Virus record (IMG/VR): IMGVR_UViG_3300046167_000870
Strand: one strand, 5' to 3'
DNA length: 64,000 nt
DNA from: a virus
Position numbers and translations under genes: made by a program. The notes under the pieces were generated by a model. It made no database searches and was not told where the DNA came from. It worked only from the letters and a program-made list of their open reading frames with translations. This document shows positions 56,824 to 64,000 of the stretch, piece after piece; the first letter of the stretch is position 1; the number at the start of each line of letters is the position of its first letter.

Positions 56824-57294
56824 TTATTTAAAGTTTTTACCTATTAATTCAATTGTTTCTATCACTTCATCTAAGCCAATTTGAAAAAATTCCCTTTGGT
56901 TATTAACGCGATAATTTTTTAAGGCATGGTGTACTTCGCCTTCCAATAGTTCGCCGTTATAACAACGGAAAGCCCATGCTACTTCGTATGGAAGTGGCAC
57001 ACCTGTTGCCGTAGAAATCTGTTTAGCTCGTTCATCTGGTGTCAATTTTGTATATCCTATTTTTAGGAGTCCTGGTAGTGTTTTGTTTTTTAAAACATAA
57101 ACCCATTGATCACCTTCACCCTTCTTGTTATAAATACCACGTTTCTTAGTAGTATAATAAGTTACTGTTTCCCAACCATCTCCCATTTCTGAGGGAGTTA
57201 GTGTGAAATATGAAGCATATTCAACTTCTGTATTACCATAGTTTTCTTTTAATGGTATAAATTCCTGTGCTTGTTCTACTGTTATTCTTTCCAT
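56824..57294 (-). CDS. T5orf172/GIY-YIG domain protein
   Basis: WVYVL...LLKIGYT...ERAKQI...TGVP...E..VH...REFF. Confidence 0.9.
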   Translation of the reverse strand: MERITVEQAQEFIPLKENYGNTEVEYASYFTLTPSEMGDGWETVTYYTTKKRGIYNKKGEGDQWVYVLKNKTLPGLLKIGYTKLTPDERAKQISTATGVPLPYEVAWAFRCYNGELLEGEVHHALKNYRVNNQREFFQIGLDEVIETIELIGKNFK

Positions 57295-57941
57295 TAGTGT
57301 ACTATTATTTTAAATTTATTTTCTACTTCAATCCTTTCACCTACATCACTATTAAAAAGTGTTTTGGTAAAAACCTGTAAAGTATCGCCAATCATTTCAT
57401 TATCTAAATAAAATTGTTGACGAGGATTATAATTATATTTACTGTATGTACCTAATAATGTTTCAGCATATGGACATTCCCAACAAAAATTCTTTTGTAT
57501 TTGATAACCAGCTATATTAAGAGGTGGCATAATTTGGGCTAAATCGGTTAAAGTATAAGTTTGATCACCAATTGGTATTAAATTATTATAATCTCCATTA
57601 CTAAACCAACTTAATACTGAATACGTAGGTACTGTAAATTGAATAGTATCAAAGGCTACCCAATAATCTGAATCATATTGTGTTTCTATTAATGGAACCT
57701 TATTAATAACATATTCATCTGCTAATTCATCTAATTCACCTCTAATAGTAAAATACTTAGGCCCATAAAATTCAATATGCCAATAACCATTATCATCCTG
57801 ATATGCATTAGGTTGAACTTGCTCATCTATATAAAATCGAGCATTGCAATCTCCATCCAAACAAGGGTATGGAGCGATTTCCTCCTTGCTACAACTAGCA
57901 AGAAGAAAACCTAATCCAAGTGTAAATAATAATAATCTCAT
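57294..57941 (-). CDS. Lipoprotein
   Basis: Signal peptide with lipobox LLAS-C, followed by SKEE. Confidence 0.75.
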   Translation of the reverse strand: MRLLLFTLGLGFLLASCSKEEIAPYPCLDGDCNARFYIDEQVQPNAYQDDNGYWHIEFYGPKYFTIRGELDELADEYVINKVPLIETQYDSDYWVAFDTIQFTVPTYSVLSWFSNGDYNNLIPIGDQTYTLTDLAQIMPPLNIAGYQIQKNFCWECPYAETLLGTYSKYNYNPRQQFYLDNEMIGDTLQVFTKTLFNSDVGERIEVENKFKIIVH

Positions 57942-58750
57942 TATGCTACTAATTCTAATGCTTTACTAAACATTTTCTTATTCACGTCCTGATCTTGCTT
58001 AAAGTTTTTAATAACTCTAGCTTGACGTAATTTTCCTGATGGTGTTTTGTATTCAAAATTACCTTCAATAATATTTTCCTGAATTCTATTAAATACTTCC
58101 CAAAGCATATTTCCTTCATCTGCTTTACGTTGAACATTTAAAACGTCTTCAATTGCTTGATTATCGTAAGTATTTTTAGTACCTTCTACTCTAATATCTA
58201 GAAATGATTTAGCAAGATTAAACATTTGCTCTTCTTCTAATTCAACAGCTTTCATTTTATTCATTGAATCAACTGTTAAAGGTAATTTCTCAACGATATT
58301 CTTAATTAATACTTGTAAATCTTCAAACGTATAACCCATATGACGCATTTTAATATCATCAAATTGAGTATCTGAAATAACTAATCCATTTTCACAAACC
58401 ATTCTAAACAATCCAGCTGTAAATTGGAAACAATTTTTCCCATCATGAGAATTAGTCATTACGATTTGTGGAAAAACTGTATCTCCATCTTCACCATTAA
58501 TAACAACATCATTATTTCTAAAAACAACTAAATGCTTCTGAACACCTTGTGTTTTTTGAGTTCTAGCTTTTACTTGCTTAACATCAACAACACCCCAACC
58601 TAACAATTCCATATCATCAATAACTTTTTCAGTTGGAATATGTGTATACTTTTCAGTAACATCACTTGAAGGCTTCATTGTAAAAATACTTGGAGCAATT
58701 TGATTCATTTCTTCTTTGCTCATAAACTCTACTTTTTGTAAATCTAACAT
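57941..58750 (-). CDS. DUF932/DUF945-family protein
   Basis: APSIF...YTHIPT, KHLVVFR, NSHDG...AGLFRMVCENGL, LWEVFNRIQEN. Confidence 0.9.
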   Translation of the reverse strand: MLDLQKVEFMSKEEMNQIAPSIFTMKPSSDVTEKYTHIPTEKVIDDMELLGWGVVDVKQVKARTQKTQGVQKHLVVFRNNDVVINGEDGDTVFPQIVMTNSHDGKNCFQFTAGLFRMVCENGLVISDTQFDDIKMRHMGYTFEDLQVLIKNIVEKLPLTVDSMNKMKAVELEEEQMFNLAKSFLDIRVEGTKNTYDNQAIEDVLNVQRKADEGNMLWEVFNRIQENIIEGNFEYKTPSGKLRQARVIKNFKQDQDVNKKMFSKALELVA

Positions 58751-58786
58751 AACTTTTATTTATTTAATTAATTATTTATTTATACC

Positions 58787-58836
58787 TAAATATACGAAAG
58801 GCTGCTTGGGAAGCCAAGCTTCCCGTGCATTACTTT
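58787..58836 (-). promoter_or_regulatory. Early promoter TTGG-N17-CGTATATTTA with conserved upstream extension (repeat copy A)
   Basis: Shares AAAGTAATGC.C.GGAAGCTTGGCT with the 59251-59300 copy. Confidence 0.75.
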
Positions 58837-58849
58837 CAATTACTTTTAA

Positions 58850-59197
58850 TTATTTTTTAACTAACAATCCTGGAGAAACTGTATATTCACCACCAATTCT
58901 ACCATTATCAACATTAATAGCTCTAACTTTAATGTTTTTATTATTAATTTTAATAATTTCAAATTCTTGGCTTGAATCCATTTTCTTGTGGTTGATTGTA
59001 ACTGTATCTCCTACTTGGAAATCATCCTTACTAGCTTTAACAGCTTTAGGACCTTTAACAGCCATCATTTTACCTCTTAAACCTTGAGAATCAAATCTAA
59101 TTGTACCTAAACTGATACTTACACCGAATTGATCTTCTAATGATTGAACTGCTTTTTCGAACTCTGATCTGAATTTAATAACTTCTTGCTTTGTCAT
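58850..59197 (-). CDS. Hypothetical early protein with SH3/KOW-like C-terminus
   Basis: FQVGDTVTI...IIKINNKNIKV...YTVSPGLL. Confidence 0.7.
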   Translation of the reverse strand: MTKQEVIKFRSEFEKAVQSLEDQFGVSISLGTIRFDSQGLRGKMMAVKGPKAVKASKDDFQVGDTVTINHKKMDSSQEFEIIKINNKNIKVRAINVDNGRIGGEYTVSPGLLVKK

Positions 59198-59250
59198 AAT
59201 ATAACCTTTATTTAATTAATTAGTGTTGCAACTTCATTATTACAACATGG

Positions 59251-59300
59251 TAAATATACGACCCCTATCTCGGGTAGCCAAGCTTCCGGCGCATTACTTT
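59251..59300 (-). promoter_or_regulatory. Early promoter TTGG-N17-CGTATATTTA (repeat copy B), followed by an 8-bp 5' hairpin (59247-59224)
   Basis: Direct repeat with copy A; hairpin TGTTGTAA/TTGCAACA. Confidence 0.75.
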
Positions 59301-59653
59301 TAAGAAATTGTTAAAGTAACACCATCAGTAGCTCTTAACATTGAACTACTTACAGCAATATTGGTTGTTGGGTTAAATTGAAAAGAACCACCTCCATCAG
59401 GAACAACTACAGAGGCAATATAAGATGAAGTAACTAAAGTATCAACATCAATACTAGTAAAATTAGTATAAGCACCTAATGCATTAGTTGGCTGACCAGC
59501 ATAAGAACCACTATAATTTCTAACTGTTTCTATAGTAAAATAAGCACTACCCGATATACTAGCTGGTTTAGTAAATGTAAATGTTTTATTACCCGCAAGC
59601 GCTTCAGTGGGTGTACCTGCTCCTCTTAATTGTTCTGCTGTATAAGCTGCCAT
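59300..59653 (-). CDS. Putative small virion protein
   Basis: S/T/G-rich with SGS/TSS/SSS motifs; late motif at 59667-59676. Confidence 0.6.
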   Translation of the reverse strand: MAAYTAEQLRGAGTPTEALAGNKTFTFTKPASISGSAYFTIETVRNYSGSYAGQPTNALGAYTNFTSIDVDTLVTSSYIASVVVPDGGGSFQFNPTTNIAVSSSMLRATDGVTLTIS

Positions 59654-59675
59654 GGTTTATATTTTATTATAAATA

Positions 59676-60477
59676 TTAAAAGAAAAACTCCCAACCATGA
59701 AGTACTTTAGTTTGAAAACCTCTATTGGATTGTCGGTAACTTTTAGGTTTCATAAATCTAGATGTTTTAATATTTTTATCCCACCCATCTGGATTATCAG
59801 CATCTTCTAAGGTATAATGCATAAATTCTTTCTCAACCATAACATTGTCTAAATAGTGGTGGATATGTTTTTGAATAAAAATAGATTTACCCTACAGTAA
59901 TATGGAGAAATGGAGAAAACTCAAGTCTAACATCAGCAGCAAATTTTACTTTTTCAGTATTATCATAAAACCACTGAGCACTTTTTCTATTTAAAACATA
60001 AGCATGACCAGCATATTGACCACCATGATGTCTAGCTGCATTAAAGAAATGTTTACTTATTCTATCATTTTTATATATAGATTCTACATATTTACCATAC
60101 CAACAAACACCCCATTCTAACATGTTTAGTTCGTTTCTTACTTCACTAAAATCATATTCATATACACGATTAGTAAATTCAACATCATCTTCTAAAAATA
60201 ACGCTGTTTCCGCACCTGAGTCTAAAAATTGTTTGTAAGCTTTGCGATGTGACATTGCACAACATAAAATAGCTAAAGTACATCTACCTGCTGGATCCCA
60301 AAATACCTCATTCATATTCTTAAAAAACTCTGGGTCGTTACGGTAGTCTTGATTATCATAACCTTCTACAAACTCAAAATCAAATCCCCATTGATCTGCT
60401 TGACTTTGAATATTATTTCTTCGTAACTTGTGTCTTTTAAGATTTATTACATAAACTTTGTCTACTCCTAAATCCAT
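59676..60477 (-). CDS. GT25 family glycosyltransferase, about 266 aa, +1 frameshift at 59890-59892
   Basis: DKVYVINLKRHKLRR, CAMSH, LFLEDDV, HAYVL, AAD. Confidence 0.85.
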
Positions 60478-60488
60478 AACTTTTTATT

Positions 60489-61232
60489 TTACCATCTATC
60501 TCTTTCTTTCCAAGATGCATTAATTATATTAAACCATAATCCTTTATGTATAACATCATTTTCACTATCTACTTCAAATTTATTAATAGGTAAACCTAAA
60601 TAATCACCTAAATCTTTAAAGTAATCTCCACCATTTTCTTCGTCCCAATATCCAAAAAGTTCATCTGTTGGGATAGATTTTAAATGGGGATTATCTATAG
60701 TAAAATTAGTTAGGTAATTATGGGCATGGTAATGTTTATTATATATATCCACATCATACATTTCATCTTCATAATCAAAGACATCATGCATTAAATTAAA
60801 TCTCTTCCACCAATAATTATTATTATCATGTTGATCTAAAGCAGCACAATGTTTTTTCCAATTCCAATCTACATCTGAAGTTCTGATTATTAGTACTTTA
60901 TCAAATTTAGGCATAAAATCAGCTAAAAATGCATCCTCGGTAATACCACCAGGTAATTTATGCCATGTAACATTATGAACACATATAACATTATCTTCTA
61001 TTTCATCAGGATAGTTATATCCAAAATCATCTAATACCGGAGTACTTCCTTTAGGTATATCATAAGTAGTATATACAATACCTCCATCTTCACCTAAAGA
61101 AGGTATAGTTTGTTTTAGTGGAACTAAATGATCCATTGGATCTAGAATATGCTTATATCCAAAATCATCACATAATGCCCTAGCAAATTTATTAGCTCCA
61201 TTATAAGGTTGAGTTAAAATCAGTATCTTCAT
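60489..61232 (-). CDS. Sulfotransferase-like P-loop protein (degenerate)
   Basis: ILILTQPYNGANKF...ILDP resembles the xxPRSGST...EP PAPS-binding start; late motif at 61245-61254. Confidence 0.4.
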   Translation of the reverse strand: MKILILTQPYNGANKFARALCDDFGYKHILDPMDHLVPLKQTIPSLGEDGGIVYTTYDIPKGSTPVLDDFGYNYPDEIEDNVICVHNVTWHKLPGGITEDAFLADFMPKFDKVLIIRTSDVDWNWKKHCAALDQHDNNNYWWKRFNLMHDVFDYEDEMYDVDIYNKHYHAHNYLTNFTIDNPHLKSIPTDELFGYWDEENGGDYFKDLGDYLGLPINKFEVDSENDVIHKGLWFNIINASWKERDRW

Positions 61233-61253
61233 AAAAAATGTTTATTATAAATA

Positions 61254-61835
61254 TTACCCTTTCACTTCAGCTAACCAACTACTATCCATAAAAGGTAAAA
61301 CGTTATCAAAACTCTCATTAACTGCCTTTAAAACTCCAGGCCATTCATCTTGATAATCATGTCCTCCTATTAGTTTTTTAGTCTTAGGCAACCAATCTAT
61401 TATATCTCTTTTAACACTATCATAAGAATGAGCAGCATCAATATAAATAAAATCAAAAGTATCCATCTTCAAATTTATCTACCATATTATAACTGTAATC
61501 TTGATGGTGATGAATTATATCTTTAAACTGTCCTAGTATTAGTCCAAAATTCTCTTTTAACATCAGACCAAGTTTCATTAAAAGTTGTTAAGGCAGGTTC
61601 ATCTCCTTCCCAAGGATCTATAGTATGTACTTCATCAAATAAACCTAAACAAGAAAAAATAAAGGCTCCTTCTCCTTTATATGTTCCTATCTCCAACATT
61701 TTAAAATTATTTCCCATTACCTAAAAATGAATGTAATTCAAATCCTAACCCAACAAGCCCTAAAAAGTGATTATTACCATTATATCTCCATTTTTCGGGT
61801 ATTCTAAATCTAAGTGATTCTTTTGATCTTTCCAT
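61254..61835 (-). CDS. SAM-dependent methyltransferase (Methyltransf_24-like), about 192 aa, three +1 frameshifts (61713-15, 61532-33, 61455-58)
   Basis: MLEIGTYKGEG, TIDPW, FDFIYIDAAHSYDSV, GGHDY...PGV..AV. Confidence 0.8.
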
Positions 61836-61925
61836 ATATCTTAATTTAAATCTAAGGAGCTAAACTCCTCTTCCTCTTAACAATAATGCATATGTCGATA
61901 CGTATATATCGCTCACATTATAGTA

Positions 61926-61975
61926 ATAAGATACGAAGAATTGTTTGGATAACCAAATAATTGTTATTATATTGG
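61926..61975. promoter_or_regulatory. Interlocked divergent promoters sharing the palindrome TTTGG-ATAA-CCAAA
   Basis: Minus strand: TTGG(61956-53)-N17-CGTATCTTAT. Plus strand: TTGG(61945-48)-N17-ATTATATTGG. Confidence 0.65.
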
Positions 61976-61980
61976 ACCAT

Positions 61981-62274
61981 ATGAATGAGGTAATAGAACT
62001 AGTTGAGGATAACTTGGTCGAATATATGAGTGACCCAAGTGTAATAGTAGCATTCACACAAAAAACGTGTGGTGCATGTGTTAAGATAAAACCTAAACTA
62101 TATGAAATACCTAAAGAACACACAGTCGTAATAGTGGATTGTGACAAGTTCTTTCGTTCATCAAAACTAATGCCAGGTGGAATTAATTTTTACCCTACAT
62201 TTGGTTTATTTAAAAACGGGTATTTTATAAAGGAACTAACACAAAAAGATATTATTAATCAAACATTAGACTAG
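61981..62274 (+). CDS. Thioredoxin-like protein
   Basis: CGAC (CxxC) and YPTF cis-Pro motif. Start moved to ATG 61981 because 61945 lies within the promoter. Confidence 0.8.
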   Translation: MNEVIELVEDNLVEYMSDPSVIVAFTQKTCGACVKIKPKLYEIPKEHTVVIVDCDKFFRSSKLMPGGINFYPTFGLFKNGYFIKELTQKDIINQTLD

Positions 62275-62276
62275 TT

Positions 62277-62693
62277 ATGGAATTATTTTTATTTATTTTA
62301 TCATTTATATCTGGCGGAGTCATTCTCACCGTCGCATTTACTACCTACCTCACCACTACAACGAAAACAAAACAGGATAAATTGGCTTTCTTGCAAGATG
62401 AATTGATAAAGGTGCAAAAACAACAATTTAAGGATTTTGATACTCAACATTCAAAAGTTTTATCTGAATTAGTTGATATAAGATCGAGAATGGAAGGGGA
62501 TCAATATAGAGATATAGCGAGGACAAATCAAAGGATTAGTAACGTGGATTCGAAGCTGGATATATTAATTAGTGATGTGGCGAAAATGAACCAAGAGAAT
62601 AGGGAGATCATAGGAAATATAAATAATGAAATTCAGAATAGGATAGTTACGGTGGAGAAGCTAGTGGGTAACGAACTAAAACAAAACTACTAA
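62277..62693 (+). CDS. Membrane-anchored coiled-coil protein
   Basis: N-terminal TM helix followed by a heptad-rich region. Confidence 0.7.
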   Translation: MELFLFILSFISGGVILTVAFTTYLTTTTKTKQDKLAFLQDELIKVQKQQFKDFDTQHSKVLSELVDIRSRMEGDQYRDIARTNQRISNVDSKLDILISDVAKMNQENREIIGNINNEIQNRIVTVEKLVGNELKQNY

Positions 62694-62846
62694 ATGGAAA
62701 AAGATAAGTATATAATAGAGTTTACGTGGGGTGAAAATATAGTACATGAATCTATGGAAATTGAAACGGACGATATAAATTGGAGTCTTGATCAAATAGG
62801 TAGACATAGGAACAATATACATTTTACTAAAGTAGAACGAATATAA
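62694..62846 (+). CDS. Small hypothetical protein (50 aa)
   Basis: Manual ORF MEKDKYIIEFTWGENIVHESMEIETDDINWSLDQIGRHRNNIHFTKVERI, coupled to genes on both sides. Confidence 0.7.
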   Translation: MEKDKYIIEFTWGENIVHESMEIETDDINWSLDQIGRHRNNIHFTKVERI

Positions 62847-63454
62847 TGAAACCTATATTATGTTTAGTTGCCGTTGGGGAAGAATATAATAAGTATATAC
62901 CTTCATCGATCGAAAAACTTTCGAAAAAATACGATTTGTGTATTTTGACTGATCGACCCATTAGGCTATTTGGGGTTCTCGACCAAGAAATTTATAAAGA
63001 GACGATTTTTACATATTTTGCCAAATTAACTTTTTCTGTAAGAATGGCCCTTAAACATAAACGTGGGGTCTATTACTGTGATATAAATAAACTGCACGAG
63101 TTAGATAATCTTGATGTTACTGATAAATACCAATTTAAGTATATACGAGAATGGACAAATGGAGAAAAAAGTGCTGTATATTTTTCCCAAATACAAGATG
63201 CTCCTTATTGGAGAAAATTGATTTGGTTTTGGTTAGCTGAAGATTATGACTATAGTTCAACTAAATTAATTGAAGAGCATGCTTTCTATATGCCTTATCA
63301 CAAACAAAGTAAAAAACTTCTATATACAATAGAAAAAATAAAACCTATATTTGAATATATCTCTATAACAAATACAACTCCTTATAAAGGAATTGGTAAT
63401 GGTGAAGGACTTGCCTTAAGTTATGCACTAGATGTGTGTAATATGATCAAATAA
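62846..63454 (+). CDS. Putative GT-A glycosyltransferase (GT6-like start)
   Basis: CLVAVGEEY, CILTD, YYCDIN, GEGLALS. Confidence 0.45.
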   Translation: MKPILCLVAVGEEYNKYIPSSIEKLSKKYDLCILTDRPIRLFGVLDQEIYKETIFTYFAKLTFSVRMALKHKRGVYYCDINKLHELDNLDVTDKYQFKYIREWTNGEKSAVYFSQIQDAPYWRKLIWFWLAEDYDYSSTKLIEEHAFYMPYHKQSKKLLYTIEKIKPIFEYISITNTTPYKGIGNGEGLALSYALDVCNMIK

Positions 63455-63787
63455 ATATAAGTATATACAATCGATGGTGTAGGATCGTGTTCGAGCTTTA
63501 AATGGCTCCCAACCCTTTTCTCGCGTATACACGTATATATGGACAGTAACGCGTATGGGATATATTGGTATGTATGCGTACGGTATGCCGGCGGACGAGA
63601 TATATAATATAATATTCAGTATGGACATAGGTATTCCCACCGTATGATTTATCACGGTGTAAGGTATAATTATTTATGTTGTAAGTATGTTGTAAGGTAT
63701 AAGTAGTTCTGTACCCGGTGCTGAATTATCTATTATTATCGTAGCACCTCCCCTAGCATTGGTATGTATTCCTTTATTTCATATATG

Positions 63788-63818
63788 TAAATATACGACC
63801 CTTTATTACGGTAGCCAA
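63788..63818 (-). promoter_or_regulatory. Early promoter TTGG-N17-CGTATATTTA
   Basis: Matches the 59251 copy (TTGGCTACC...GGGTCGTATATTTAC). Confidence 0.7.
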
Positions 63819-63836
63819 ATGTTACCGCATGTTTCG

Positions 63837-64000
63837 TTATGAAATGTCATGAAATTTATTTGGATTTGCAATATCCTCATTGTCACATGCGGAACGTTGT
63901 TGTATCCTCCTATGTTCACTGTGAAACGTTGTGAACACCTCAATGTTCGCAAGTATATACTCGTCGAGTCGAAAGTGGTTGGCTTGCGATGTCAAGGGGT
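63837..64000 (-). CDS. 3' end of a possible hypothetical CDS entering from outside the window
   Basis: Open frame ...PLTSQANHFRLDEYILANIEVFTTFHSEHRRIQQRSACDNEDIANPNKFHDIS*. Confidence 0.35.
   Translation of the reverse strand, partial: PLTSQANHFRLDEYILANIEVFTTFHSEHRRIQQRSACDNEDIANPNKFHDIS

Noticed and set aside
63428-63655. 75-aa minus-strand ORF, and ORFs 61860..62147, 58716..59087 and 1536..1757
   Set aside because: Atypical composition and/or antisense overlap with better-supported genes.
1-64000. Stop-codon reassignment, tRNA genes, DGR, integrase or IS elements
   Set aside because: Genes are full length in the standard code after indel correction, with TAA, TAG and TGA all used as stops. 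No cloverleaf, reverse transcriptase, TR/VR pair or recombinase was seen.

Overview
This is a 64-kb segment of a large, AT-rich tailed phage with myovirus-type baseplate genes, coded almost entirely on the minus strand. The host is probably Bacteroidota (Flavobacteriia): it encodes a Flavobacterium-like ribosomal protein bS21, has promoters resembling the Bacteroidota -33/-7 consensus, and lacks Shine-Dalgarno sequences. In transcription order (right to left) it holds: a short plus-strand island and non-coding tract (61.9-64 kb); a methyltransferase/sulfotransferase-like/GT25 cluster; early-type genes (DUF932, lipoprotein, T5orf172, bS21, SNase, HD protein, gp55-like late sigma factor); a baseplate and tail module (53-30 kb); fibre genes including three long collagen-like proteins (30-14 kb); a gap-free run of modification enzymes (13-4.7 kb); then GIY-YIG, primase, exonuclease, a P-loop kinase and an HxGH nucleotidyltransferase. 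The best candidate for an undescribed system is a phage procollagen-like maturation operon (18247-4681). It joins a Gly-X-Y fibre with a self-cleaving S74 trimerisation domain to two 2OG-Fe(II) hydroxylases, six predicted glycosyltransferases, a beta-propeller glyco-enzyme and a methyltransferase. Candidate acceptor motifs are present (about 25 DNSTQ kinks, Y-position Thr/Lys, and a pervasive [ST]-[GAS]-S motif in virion proteins). Thirteen frameshifts are each repaired by deleting one base from a homopolymer and are treated as sequencing errors. No tRNA, rRNA or CRISPR array was seen. All product calls come from motif recognition by eye, not database searches.
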